Below are positions 30,501 to 37,921 of a stretch of 64,000 nucleotides of DNA, piece by piece. Origin of the DNA: an uncultured Gammaproteobacteria bacterium (GTDB lineage Bacteria; Patescibacteriota; Patescibacteriia; UBA1558; UBA10009); assembly GCA_964588165.1 (NCBI GenBank), contig CAZPMS010000002.1:105839-169838 (forward strand), written 5' to 3'. The stretch's first letter is position 1; every line of letters starts with the position of its first letter. Under the pieces are notes generated by a model. That model was given only the letters and a program-made list of their open reading frames with translations, was not told the origin of the DNA and did not search any database. Made by a program: the position numbers and the translations under genes.

Positions 30501-31051
30501 CAGCTGTAGCCACTTCGCCTACTTCCATTAATATCCAGTGGGAGGATGTTTCAGCTGACTATTACCAATTAGTTGGTAAGGCGGGCAGTTGTAGCGGCGA
30601 TTTTGATCCGGTTGATAGTGATATAATAACCAATGAATATGACCATACTTCTGGTCTTTTTCCGGAAACAACTTATTGTTACCGGGTTAGGTCTTGTAAT
30701 AGCCTAGATCAGTGTTCTGGCTTCACCATGCCTGGCGATCAGGCAACTACACCGGCTATGCCACTGGATCCTCCAAATAATTTAATAGGTAATTGGGTTG
30801 ATTATGATAATTTTACAGGCACCTGGGATGAAGTAGATGGGGCTGATCATTATGTAGCTAGAATACAAAATAAAAGAAACACTAATTGGGGTCCATGGGA
30901 AGCCTTAATAGAGACATTTTATACTAATGCCCAATGGTCCGAGGGTAGCGGCATATATGGTAATACCAATACAGTTAAATTTCAGGTAAAAGCTTGTGAT
31001 ATAAATGATGTTTGTTCAGCCTATATTGAAAGTGATCAATATAGTAGATAA
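21593..31051 (+). CDS. giant (3152 aa) multi-domain cell-surface adhesin: VirB2-like N-domain, GEPGDP collagen-like linker, 4 IPT/TIG domains, CBM4/9-like module, Cys-rich CGDG/CDDG repeats, ConA/LamG-like domain, 2 FN3-like domains
   Basis: single uninterrupted ORF; domain calls from sequence motifs (TIG: PxVxSVxPxxGxxGGxxVTIxGxxFG; CBM4_9: NPGFEDD...GWANVG...YEYSAWVYV; MXCR-like: ICGNDIIEGGEVCDDGANNG). Confidence 0.8.
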   Translation: MNLKPKTKIIFMGLLLLVVAILLVPQLAFAQASLGVEVGADTGLGSRDLKEVIVAVVQIFLGFLGIVAVIVLIYGGYIWMTAGGSPDKVEQGKRIVINVAVGLVVILISFAVVTFIANVISDATGSEPGEPGDPGEPGDPTVESFIVQSIQPRGEQSIRNIVVQIAFNENVDASSLISRPDSVVVAKSNGLGGFDRVNGVLELAAGNPKKVLFTPSTPCPSPNEDLFCFDYDAINPDLNVHQVEVSGDGAASLKSVSGKTVTCTLDSCLAEFSTGPLVDIEDPEVALTEAIDLADQVFILTNGVSLSADELYQLYADATDDGGITGVDFYLDGDYIGFDTPVGDAPLNFTAQIIPDWHTDGLELNQNYYLTSRAYDVAYNETLSDSVRVVIRPAHCFNDVIDPDLGETGLDCGGPCPACEGESCGELVGEICTNPDNNACASGLCDTETCYCVPAPQVSSVDPDNGASGNWVTILGSHFGDEIGTVTIGGETANSPPDILCPSSWQDSQIIIELPELDLGNQQLQVTTSEGLNSNFYDFLINDTERPGICSVAPAEGKFEDSFQVDGIQFGEDYMERDVYFGRPDDPISAFNPSWSLVGDYGRVVADVPNLLKGNTGVRVRVEGESSNVLAFTVLESAHEEVRIDYFTPESGADGQYVTIFGSGFGNYVPGESLVKFSTDKEGSLDFPDECGTNFWTDTQIVVKVPNTEEVGELDDQGPITVITASEDLAVSSQNFLYTPVADVAPGICSLFPQEGTIGSTFSVAGEGFEDSTLYLNDLSFVDAPVNDNYYEDVMVPEGSESGPVKIVKDVLESNTIDFEVTADAPDEPELPSDYYQWQFTTCQDCLVPEVVEIGSCWFSLASPTPLKNSQDNYSDTLISATFNTDMDDSLFELGTTILLAECGDAESPGICNPITVAGDFEFGLSGSDYEYFTLDLDDSLNLNTWYRATLTNLKSNLEQIAMEDDYQWFFKTKTVDSQCDVTDVMVNPAQRIVDALIPENNNPVYLDEQVWYDSLAYNSANCNVCPDVYEWSWSSSQPSQANIDETSIINSSLLSADAYTNLGEHAVITAVAVNATSTPSGTAEVDIVPRNPEIVYHWECTPEPQTPSPWPGTEEACINAKIAVEFDTIMDPATTLNINNISVTYDSGFGWLDISGSLEGLYGTRGDLAGLVGLVFTPDSFMDPDSWHEVILSFDILSAEGGSLTGTNSWQFKTKDSDEVCSITQAIVDPSSTILTAEGATENYTAFGQGESCELVVNPDLNWSWNSEDNQVAAIFASNNDEAVVIANNEGQTYIRAEANGIQNEGNNGLVTVNYGPGPTAFEITENLPVGDDVCLNAQGLVRFNLSLDQESIATENFEVWQEAERLSYCEDNPDINCTSDIDCSGTFSGKCQAEWTVSSSGPRTAIDILPTINDGLWNPGSDYSIRVYGGGLGVISDSGEQLIQEGCPPSMSWSEAGQYCYWDFKTAGEICAIDNIQIEPASAATTVGMIVDWLATPYAQNGNPLSNELDRWRSENVWSPNNLLVADVEATSPNGHQASSLALNVGRALIFAGAPIEAGSEEIIWGSADLQVLEEFNGPEVTDVQPQPGEEDVCRNSLINIGFDQFINPATVSNSTLKAEYLSTEYSEGCYEVDMGGEISFYKNYNNVISKTLASRLFNWFSANILNRLIGPVKAQVTNYMCPVQGTRELVNNLYDSEVKFSPAEAFPANSEINVIVVGGDNGIKGTNGLPLEGDGLDEDGNYSYSFTTRADICTLSMVSVVADEATGESEWVFTTSFDNLDDNDPDDLANFDTIYDGDKKYTASGYSLEGTELFPIEGVYEWVWDWSSSDTNIASLAYAADDISVVSVNNIKTGQSDIVAEAVFPNWYNQPNLPGSGLAIVNLCENPWPAVVSEQPEQFIDDDFNFGLSYCRDAGGLGTEDDLPALNVIDFVENSHLPTDPAEDELLKEYLIPVPTTGDLIGLRIYENSFHLSPSDWYKKNIAVQGFPNSTLVDGYKAIVDGRTTYVAASDVESLTEEDPLAYMLPSKGSIISRVVNNIWQGLKEFINNSLFTVKAAEGEDEESEGGYKVTGIEGGYTDIFLLSYNQGARPETLEIVNQLIERWNFNTNVDNPKIKEKIIRDVERLSHLNSIAGSLDQYQLSHEGTFPALEAGTFLKTMSTSKWPSWNETLGSELGTILPFDPTNKFGACIDCQEPELINPGFEDDPDSLVGWANVGVVTMEVNTDPDYVREGSQSAFVISPVVPEDGIKSSNIPVITNTTYEYSAWVYVEHPNRVQIRNLSYPRSGNEWFTPPDYTGWFQLKDRFTTSDVSPVRIQIVSYGGPATFWVDEVYIGTSNGNCGYDLETCWNPEANFGTGAFACDADSYFYRYQGEIDLDSEVTNYTLAAKLETTTNWYPNNIGDNYYLDPHLVISTNNVLGCDANIFAGFCGDSIVQEPIEQCEPGNSYYLCSTDILWYTPAGSGPYGCFPAGDPNQCNWYSPLLDSDDECYGLSSSQCCGGYCGDSVLNTAAGGYLLIDDEECELGVGGYGDGTAEDEQYSCSGSCQDVGGWCGDGSIQTGYGEECDGSTSGWDCLASLVNPTCNTCEVECSEGNPYQGTCGNNTREAIEICDGTDNGYPNSTCIEYCSDVECVGSWQACDGNRLDYNGCETDTDNDPNNCGTCLNNCPGPVGGNGYAECESGGCTIVCDPGYDLVGDECVLVAICGNDIIEGGEVCDDGANNGNFGYCNATCDGIEGLGDALFYDNFEDWNFTTSNWEEGYNYNGPGGGEIWSRSLPGGGINYKLKSEINNVAPNFPRDFRVTNANANNLLNVDILVMIDFSYSADDDAVLFARHNGQNHYMDQEYYALWNDHNSEIQIIRVGPDGYHDEDLASTFPLTSGIYWLQFKVFDVGGNIRLQARWWPEGTEMPAAWNFDIIDSSENKITTSGQVGVAGWMNSTFYFDNFQVYDADVVAEPVPDEPAYISAVATSPTSINIQWEDVSADYYQLVGKAGSCSGDFDPVDSDIITNEYDHTSGLFPETTYCYRVRSCNSLDQCSGFTMPGDQATTPAMPLDPPNNLIGNWVDYDNFTGTWDEVDGADHYVARIQNKRNTNWGPWEALIETFYTNAQWSEGSGIYGNTNTVKFQVKACDINDVCSAYIESDQYSR

Positions 31052-31073
31052 GTTAATAATTAATTAAAAATAT

Positions 31074-31925
31074 ATGTTTGAAGACAAGCAAAATTCTAAT
31101 AACACTTCTACCGATGATTTAGGTTCAAGTAATTTGCCCAAATCATTTCCTAATCAGCAACCTTCAGCTTCGCCAGTAGATTTGCCTTTATCCAATCAGC
31201 CACCGGTTAAACCTAAGCCGGGCAGAGAAGTGCCAGGTGCTGAAGATATGTTTGCCGATACTGAAAAAGCAGAAACCATTCCACAGCCTGTAGCTGAACC
31301 AACAGTTATGCCGGAACCCCCTCTTGCTCAAAGTCCTCAAGCTCAACAGGAACCTCAAGCTGTAGCCGCGCCACCGGAGCCTTTATCAGAACTGCCGGAT
31401 GATTTAGAAGAAGAGGGCGGGGGCAGCAGGAAATTTTTCTGGATTGGTTTGTTTGCCCTGATAGTTATTTTAGGCGGCGGAGGCTGGTTTGCCTACAGCC
31501 AATTTTTTAAATCGGAATTGCCAGTAGATTTGCCTAATGTTAATTTAGGAGATCTTTCACCTACTAATTTAAATCAAGAGTTTGAAGACCAAATAGTAAA
31601 TTTGAATTTAAACAAAAATACTAATCAGCCAGAAGAATCTTTAGAGCCGGAAATAAACCAGAATAAAAATGTTAATCAGGCAACTGAGTTAGATTCCGAT
31701 AAAGATGGCCTAACTGATGCCGAAGAGGATTCATACGGAACTGATCCAAACGAACCGGATAGTGATGGCGATGGGCTTTATGATAGGGAAGAAGTAATAG
31801 TATACGAAACCAACCCTTTAAATCCGGATACTGACGGCGATGGCTATTTAGACGGCAATGAAGTTGAAAACGGTTATGACCCCAAAGGCCCAGGCAGATT
31901 ATTGGAATTAAATTTTGATGAATAA
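31074..31925 (+). CDS. TM-anchored Pro-rich protein with thrombospondin type-3 (DxDxDG) calcium-binding repeats
   Basis: 283 aa; central TM (FWIGLFALIVILGG), C-terminal DSDKDGLTDAEED...DSDGDGLYD...DTDGDGYLD repeats. Confidence 0.6.
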   Translation: MFEDKQNSNNTSTDDLGSSNLPKSFPNQQPSASPVDLPLSNQPPVKPKPGREVPGAEDMFADTEKAETIPQPVAEPTVMPEPPLAQSPQAQQEPQAVAAPPEPLSELPDDLEEEGGGSRKFFWIGLFALIVILGGGGWFAYSQFFKSELPVDLPNVNLGDLSPTNLNQEFEDQIVNLNLNKNTNQPEESLEPEINQNKNVNQATELDSDKDGLTDAEEDSYGTDPNEPDSDGDGLYDREEVIVYETNPLNPDTDGDGYLDGNEVENGYDPKGPGRLLELNFDE

Positions 31926-31977
31926 TCCAATTATTAAATTTATATTATTAGAAGTTTAGTGATATAATAAATTAACT

Positions 31978-33276
31978 ATGTTTACTCCACCAGAAAGCAA
32001 AGAACAAGTAAGTGAGCAGAATATGCCTCCAAAAGAAGGAGCGGTTACTGCAGAAGTTTCTTCTGAAGATATTCATACTATGCCTAATAGATTTTTAAAA
32101 CCTTCCGTGCCCAAAAAGAAGGGCCGTTTAAATTGGTTAATTTTAGGAACAGTAATAGTTGTGGCGCTGGGAGGAGTAATTGCAGTGGTAGTTGTGTTTT
32201 TAGGCAGGCAAACAGAACAACCTACTATAAATTTAGATATAAACCAGCCCATAGTAAACCAAAATACCAATCAGGAGCCTGTCAACCAGAATTTAAATAC
32301 TAACCAAAACCAAAATTCTAATGTTAACCAGAGTCCGGATACTGCCAGTGCCAGAGATATAAAAAAATTAGAAGATGCCACAGCCATAAGGTCAGCCTTA
32401 TCTTTATATTATAAAACCTATGAAGTTTTTCCAACCACTTTATCCAGTTTATTAGAGAATTATTTAATTGATTTGCCTCAAGATCCTTTAACAGAAGAAA
32501 GTTATATTTATTTTGCAGATAGTGGCCAGCAAAATTATCAATTATATATTTCCTTAGAAGAAAATTCAGAATGGGGGATTATGGTATTGCCTCAAGGAGA
32601 TTATTATTTTTCTGCTGAAGGTATTTTTCCGGATGATGTGAACCAAAATTCAAATATAAATAATAATACAAATAATTCTGTGCCCATTCCTCCTCCGCCG
32701 GTGGTAATAACTCCAAGCATGGGTTTGGATAGCGACGGCGACCAACTAACAGATATTGAAGAAAATATTTATCAAACCAATGCCACTTTAGCCGATACAG
32801 ATGGCGACGGCTATACAGATGCAACTGAGATATTAAATTTTTATGATCCTTTGGATCCAGAAGGGCGTTTGATAAATTCCGGTTTAACAGACCTTTACCA
32901 AAATCCTGATTATAACTATTCAGTAGTTTATCCCGCAGCCTGGGTTGTTAGGTCATTAACTGTAGATAGCAGCGAAATAATTTTTACATCTAATACCGGC
33001 GAATTTATTGAGATCATTATTCAAGAAAATCCTTTAAGCCTTTCAGCCCTAAATTGGTATCTGTCACAAAACCCCACGATAGACAGCACTACTTTAGAAA
33101 CTTTGGTTATAGATGGCTTTCCGGCAGTGCAGACTAAAGACGGTTTAACCACTTATTTATCTGTTGGTTCAAATATTTATATTATCGCTTACAATATTGG
33201 CGCCCAGCAACAGATGTATTTTTATACTACCTATCAGCTTTTACTGCGAAGCTTTATGTTTATTGAATTAGAGTAA
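31978..33276 (+). CDS. TM-anchored protein with pseudopilin/GspG-like globular domain and TSP3 repeats
   Basis: 432 aa; TM (LILGTVIVVALGGVIAVVVVFLG), N/Q-rich linker, AIRSALSLYYKTYEVFPTTLSSLL...LPQDP resembling type II secretion pseudopilin fold, then DSDGDQLTD...DTDGDGYTD. Confidence 0.55.
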   Translation: MFTPPESKEQVSEQNMPPKEGAVTAEVSSEDIHTMPNRFLKPSVPKKKGRLNWLILGTVIVVALGGVIAVVVVFLGRQTEQPTINLDINQPIVNQNTNQEPVNQNLNTNQNQNSNVNQSPDTASARDIKKLEDATAIRSALSLYYKTYEVFPTTLSSLLENYLIDLPQDPLTEESYIYFADSGQQNYQLYISLEENSEWGIMVLPQGDYYFSAEGIFPDDVNQNSNINNNTNNSVPIPPPPVVITPSMGLDSDGDQLTDIEENIYQTNATLADTDGDGYTDATEILNFYDPLDPEGRLINSGLTDLYQNPDYNYSVVYPAAWVVRSLTVDSSEIIFTSNTGEFIEIIIQENPLSLSALNWYLSQNPTIDSTTLETLVIDGFPAVQTKDGLTTYLSVGSNIYIIAYNIGAQQQMYFYTTYQLLLRSFMFIELE

Positions 33277-33288
33277 AATATCGTAGAT

Positions 33289-33681
33289 ATGTTTAAAGTT
33301 GAAATTAATTATAAAATAAGAACGCCTCAAAAATATGAGGCGCTTTTTGAAGTTATTGTTAAAAAAACAGCTAAACATTTAAAATTAAAAAGTTTAGATG
33401 TTTCCGTAGCTTTCATAGGCCCAATGGAAATGAAGAAATTAAATAAAAGATACAGGGGTTTGGATAAAATAACCGATGTTTTGTCATTTGAGGAAGTAAG
33501 TGAGGTTGTAATTTGTTTGGCCCAGGCTAAAAAACAGGCTAAGAGCCAAAAAAAATCAATCAAGGAAGAGGTAGCCTTTTTATTTTTGCATGGCTTATTG
33601 CATATATTGGGTTTTGACCATAAAAATAAGTTACAGAAAATAAAGATGGAAAAATCGGCCGAAAAAATTTTAAAAAATTAA
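33289..33681 (+). CDS. ybeY: rRNA maturation endoribonuclease YbeY
   Basis: 130 aa; HGLLHILGFDH metal-binding motif. Confidence 0.85.
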   Translation: MFKVEINYKIRTPQKYEALFEVIVKKTAKHLKLKSLDVSVAFIGPMEMKKLNKRYRGLDKITDVLSFEEVSEVVICLAQAKKQAKSQKKSIKEEVAFLFLHGLLHILGFDHKNKLQKIKMEKSAEKILKN

Positions 33682-33751
33682 AATAAACAATAAAAAAGCT
33701 TCGTTAATTACTGTATATAAAGTGAACATATTTTTTGTTCAAAGTGTGGAT

Positions 33752-33780
33752 TGCCAAAAAATTCTTTTCTTATTATAATA
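33752..33780 (+). promoter_or_regulatory. promoter TTGCCA-17-TATAAT upstream of ftsA-ftsZ
   Basis: ttgcca, 17-nt spacer, tataat; ~110 nt upstream of ftsA. Confidence 0.5.
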
Positions 33781-33888
33781 AAGGTTAGTAGATACCTAAA
33801 ATGGTTGATAGGTAATCAATTTTAAATAACATCCTATCAATTGTTTTAACTATCTATTTTATTACCCAATTTAAACTAATTTTAAAAC

Positions 33889-35136
33889 ATGCTGCAATTA
33901 GAAACTAAAACAGGCCTTGATATCGGTTCCAATAATATTAGAGTAGTTACCTTGCAACATCAGCCCGATGAAACCTGGCAAATTATTGGAGCAGCCGAGC
34001 GTCAGGCAGAAGGCATGGCCAAAGGCATGGTAACCAATATAGAAGATTTGGTTTCTTCCATATCCGAAGTTTTGGAACAGTCAGAAAGAATGACAGGCAC
34101 GCCGATTGAAAGCAGTGTGGTGGGTATTTCTGGAACTCATATAAAAACCTTAGAATCAAACGGAGTGGTAGCGGTAGCCAAGGCCGATAAAGAAATAACT
34201 GAAGAAGATGTAGCCAGAGCAATTGAAGCTGCCCAAGCTGTGGCCACTCCGGCAAATTATGAAATTTTGCATGTTATCCCTAAAGATTTTACAGTAGATA
34301 ATCAATCCGGCATAAAAGATCCAGTAGGCATGACAGGCGTACGTTTAGAAGTGGCCACTCAGATAATTATCGGCCTATCTTCCCAGATTAAAAATTTAAC
34401 TAAATGTATTTATCGTGCCGGAATAGATGTTGATGATTTGGTTTTTAGTATTTTAGCCTGCAGTGAAAGCACTTTAACCAAACAACAGAAAGAGCTTGGC
34501 GTGGCCTTGGTTAATATTGGCAGCCAGACAACTAATTTAATAGTTTACGAAGAAGGCGAAGTTTTACATACAGCAGTTTTGCCGGTTGGCTCTAACCATA
34601 TTACGGCCGATATTGCCATCGGCCTTAGGACTTCTATAGAAACAGCAGAGGCCGTTAAATTAGAAGTAGTCCAGTTAAATTCTAAAAAAGTAAGTAAGCG
34701 CGATGAGATAGACTTGGCTAAATTTTCATCTACCGAAAAAGAAAGGACCATGGTTTCCCTAAAACATATTTGTGATATTGCCACAGCCAGGGTAGAAGAA
34801 ATTTTTGTTTTAGTAGATAAAGAATTAAAAAAGATTAACCGTTCCGGTTTGTTGCCCTCAGGAGTTGTTTTAACGGGCGGCGGTTCTAAGCTGCCTGGTT
34901 TGTTAGAACTGGCTAAAGATAAGTTTAAGCTGCCAGCCTTTGAAGGCAAGCCACTTGGAACAGAAGAAAGCCCGGTTGATAAAGTAACAGATTCAGCTTA
35001 TACGGTGGCCTTGGGATTGGCTATTTGGGGTACCCAGGGAATAGTTCAAAAAGGTAGATTACATTTACCAAAATTTTCTTCAGTGGATGAAGTTGTAGGC
35101 AAAATGAAAGACTGGTTTAAATCATTATTACCTTAA
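33889..35136 (+). CDS. ftsA: cell division protein FtsA
   Basis: 415 aa; actin-like ATPase, LDIGSNNIRVV start. Confidence 0.9.
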   Translation: MLQLETKTGLDIGSNNIRVVTLQHQPDETWQIIGAAERQAEGMAKGMVTNIEDLVSSISEVLEQSERMTGTPIESSVVGISGTHIKTLESNGVVAVAKADKEITEEDVARAIEAAQAVATPANYEILHVIPKDFTVDNQSGIKDPVGMTGVRLEVATQIIIGLSSQIKNLTKCIYRAGIDVDDLVFSILACSESTLTKQQKELGVALVNIGSQTTNLIVYEEGEVLHTAVLPVGSNHITADIAIGLRTSIETAEAVKLEVVQLNSKKVSKRDEIDLAKFSSTEKERTMVSLKHICDIATARVEEIFVLVDKELKKINRSGLLPSGVVLTGGGSKLPGLLELAKDKFKLPAFEGKPLGTEESPVDKVTDSAYTVALGLAIWGTQGIVQKGRLHLPKFSSVDEVVGKMKDWFKSLLP

Positions 35137-35142
35137 TTGGCA

Positions 35143-35202
35143 ATCGGTAACTGGTAATCAGTAACTGGGAACCTGTTTTAAAATAATTACCAGTTACCGA
35201 TT
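35143..35202. repeat. perfect 17-bp inverted repeat (aatcggtaactggtaat / attaccagttaccgatt) containing tandem 14-mer TAATCRGTAACTGG
   Basis: read directly; related tandem 14-mers recur after fusA at 59584-59612. Confidence 0.7.
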
Positions 35203-35221
35203 ACTAATTACTAAAAAAATT

Positions 35222-36418
35222 ATGGCTAGATCAAAACCAATAGAAATAAAACCCGAATTAGAGACATTTGCCAAAATAAAAGTTTTAGGTATCGGCGGTT
35301 CAGGAGGATCGGCTATTAATAGGATGATTAAGTCCAAAATCAGAGGCGTTGAATTTGTGGCTATTAATACCGATGCACAGGCTTTAAACAATAATTCTGC
35401 TTCAAAAAAAGTCCATATAGGTAAAGAAACTACCAGAGGTTTGGGAGCCGGCATGGATCCAGAATTAGGCGCCCAATCAGCAGAAGAAAATGAAGAAGAT
35501 ATTAGAAAAGCCATAGAAGGAACCGATATGGTTTTTATTACTTGTGGTTTAGGGGGTGGAACAGGTTCTGGGGCGGCGCCTATTATTGCTGATCTGGCAA
35601 AAGAAGCCGGCACTTTAACGGTAGCTGTCGTTACTAAGCCTTTTAGTTTTGAAGGAGCCCAGCGCAAAACTATTTCCGAAAGAGGGCTAGAAAATTTAAT
35701 TGATAAAGTAGATACTATAATTACCATACCTAACGATAGGCTGTTACAAGTGATTGATAAAAAGACTTCTTTATTGGATGCCTTTGCCATTGTGGACGAA
35801 GTTTTAAAACAAGGCGTACAAGGAATTTCTGAGATAATCACTATCCCCGGATTGGTTAATGTAGACTTTGCTGATGTTAAGTCAATCATGAAGGATGCCG
35901 GTTCAGCTTTAATGGGCATAGGCAGGTCTAATGGAGAAAACCGGGCCGTAGAAGCTGCCAGGTCTGCTATAGATAGTCCGCTTTTAGAACTTTCTATAAA
36001 GGGCGCCAAAGGTGTGTTATTCACAGTGGCCGGCGGTAAAGATTTATCTATGCACGAAGTTAATGAAGCGGCAGAAGTTATAACTTCTTCCATAGATAGC
36101 AATGCCAAAGTAATTTTTGGAGCAGTAGTGGACGAAGATCTAGGAGACGAAGTGAAGATAACAGTTATTGCAACCGGTTTTAGCCAACAGCCAGCCAGAG
36201 AATCTGAATCCGAAAGAATAGTAAGCGAAGAGAAGGTTTTTTCACCAATTCCGGCCGATAATAAAGCGGAAGAAAGACAAAGCTCTTTAGCAAAATCAAT
36301 TTTTTCTAAAAAAGGAAAAACTGTTCAGCCTGATAAAGTAGAGTTGCCTCCAAAATCAAAAGAGGAGGAAGAACTGGAGATCCCCGCCTTTATCCGTAAA
36401 AAAATGGGAAAAAAGTAG
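35222..36418 (+). CDS. ftsZ: cell division GTPase FtsZ
   Basis: 398 aa; GGGTGSG tubulin signature. Confidence 0.95.
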   Translation: MARSKPIEIKPELETFAKIKVLGIGGSGGSAINRMIKSKIRGVEFVAINTDAQALNNNSASKKVHIGKETTRGLGAGMDPELGAQSAEENEEDIRKAIEGTDMVFITCGLGGGTGSGAAPIIADLAKEAGTLTVAVVTKPFSFEGAQRKTISERGLENLIDKVDTIITIPNDRLLQVIDKKTSLLDAFAIVDEVLKQGVQGISEIITIPGLVNVDFADVKSIMKDAGSALMGIGRSNGENRAVEAARSAIDSPLLELSIKGAKGVLFTVAGGKDLSMHEVNEAAEVITSSIDSNAKVIFGAVVDEDLGDEVKITVIATGFSQQPARESESERIVSEEKVFSPIPADNKAEERQSSLAKSIFSKKGKTVQPDKVELPPKSKEEEELEIPAFIRKKMGKK

Positions 36419-36504
36419 ATAATAATTAAAAAATAATGAATGATGATTGATTAGTTTATTTTATTAATCATAAGTCATTAATTATTAATCATCATTTATA
36501 AATT

Positions 36505-36984
36505 ATGAGGTGTCCTGTTTGTTTAGCATTTGATACTAAAGTTAATGATTCCAGATTAACCGAAGACGGTTTAATGGTTAAAAGGCGCAGGGAGTGCCAG
36601 AAATGCAATTTTAGATTTTCTACCTATGAACAAATAGAGATACTTAATTTATTTATAATAAAAAGAGACGGCAAAAAGGAACCTTATTTGCGGGAAAAGC
36701 TGGAGCAGGGTTTAAAAAAATCTTTGGAAAAAAGGTCATATACTCAGGATAAATTTAAAAAATTGGTAAATACCATAGAGCGCGATATTCAAAAAAGAAA
36801 AAAGGATGAAATAACCAGCCAGCAGCTTGGTGAGATAGTCATGAAAAAACTAAGAGTTTTTGATAAAGTGGCTTATATAAGATTTGCCTCAGTTTATAGG
36901 GCCTTTGAAGACGTTAAAACTTTCCAAAAAGAACTCAACAGTTTGTTAAAGATAAAATCAACTAAAGGCCAAGGGAAAAAGTAA
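36505..36984 (+). CDS. nrdR: transcriptional repressor NrdR
   Basis: 159 aa; N-terminal zinc ribbon CPVC...CQKC and ATP-cone. Confidence 0.9.
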   Translation: MRCPVCLAFDTKVNDSRLTEDGLMVKRRRECQKCNFRFSTYEQIEILNLFIIKRDGKKEPYLREKLEQGLKKSLEKRSYTQDKFKKLVNTIERDIQKRKKDEITSQQLGEIVMKKLRVFDKVAYIRFASVYRAFEDVKTFQKELNSLLKIKSTKGQGKK

Positions 36985-37461
36985 ATGTTAGAACATTTTA
37001 ACAGATCCACCAGAATAATTATTGGAGTAGCTTTGGCTATTTTAATTTGGATTACTGGTATTATTATTGGTCAGGAACAGACTATTACTATTTTAAATCC
37101 TGAGGGTGGTTTTAAAGGTATTATTTCCGGAACTAAAACCATAACAGTAAGCTTAATGTTGGATTATGGCAATGGCAATGTTAATGTTTTTTCTGATGTT
37201 CCATTAAATTATGGAGAATCCGTTATGAGGCTTTTAAGCAAAGCGGATCATCTGGAAAATAATGAATTAAACTTTAAATATCAATTCAGCCAAGCTACGG
37301 GCCAATTAGAAAGTTTTTCCATTTTAGGATATAACAACCAATCAGCTGGCAAACAGTGGCTTGCCTGGGTAAACAATGGTTTGCAAACAAAAAATATAAA
37401 CGAAATTCAACTTAAGGCAGGAGATATTGTAGAACTTAAATATATAAGGTTAAAGAATTAA
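36985..37461 (+). CDS. secreted DUF4430-like protein
   Basis: 158 aa; N-terminal TM/signal, beta-rich body with VELKYIRL end resembling DUF4430. Confidence 0.35.
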   Translation: MLEHFNRSTRIIIGVALAILIWITGIIIGQEQTITILNPEGGFKGIISGTKTITVSLMLDYGNGNVNVFSDVPLNYGESVMRLLSKADHLENNELNFKYQFSQATGQLESFSILGYNNQSAGKQWLAWVNNGLQTKNINEIQLKAGDIVELKYIRLKN

Positions 37462-37467
37462 AATATT

Positions 37468-37830
37468 ATGACCAATTATCAAGGCGCTCCCATGGAAGAA
37501 CAGGTGAAAAAGCTTTTGGAAGAAAATTTAGCCTATTCTAAAGAAATTCATCAACTGGCTAAGAAAACTAAAACTTATATTATGTGGGGCAGGATAATGA
37601 GCTTTATAAGTTTATTATTTATTATCGTGCCTATTATTTTGGGTGTAATATATTTACCTTCAATTTTAAACAATACTTTAAGTAAAATTTTACCTACTGG
37701 TTTAAATCCCAGTGGCGTAGAAGGTTTGCTTCAGGGATCTAATTTAAGTCCGGAAGAATTACAACATGCGATTGGCAATCAAGGGAGTGTTTTGGATTCA
37801 TATAAAAACATCCTTGATATTTATAAATAA
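37468..37830 (+). CDS. hypothetical small membrane protein
   Basis: 120 aa, one TM helix. Confidence 0.4.
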   Translation: MTNYQGAPMEEQVKKLLEENLAYSKEIHQLAKKTKTYIMWGRIMSFISLLFIIVPIILGVIYLPSILNNTLSKILPTGLNPSGVEGLLQGSNLSPEELQHAIGNQGSVLDSYKNILDIYK

Positions 37831-37847
37831 TTTTAGATAAAAATTAA

Positions 37848-37874
37848 AACTTACTTTGGTAAGTTTTTTTAAAT
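37848..37874 (+). terminator. rho-independent terminator (aaacttac-tttg-gtaagttt + T-run)
   Basis: perfect 8-bp stem and T-run. Confidence 0.6.
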
Positions 37875-37921
37875 AAAAAAAGCCTGCGAGCAGACTTTTA
37901 GGGGTATTGAAGGTGTTTCCA

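Noticed and set aside
21593-31051. Diversity-generating retroelement target (VR/TR) or CRISPR-like repeats within or near the giant gene; many short minus-strand ORFs inside it
   Set aside because: No near-identical template/variable repeat pair with adenine-specific mismatches and no reverse-transcriptase gene were seen. The only tandem repeat is the 18-nt GEPGDP unit. The internal minus-strand ORFs are shadow frames of the giant CDS.
35194-36108. 304-aa minus-strand ORF antisense to ftsZ
   Set aside because: ftsZ identity on the plus strand is unambiguous (GGGTGSG). The antisense frame is Ala/Ser/Pro-rich read-through typical of shadow ORFs.
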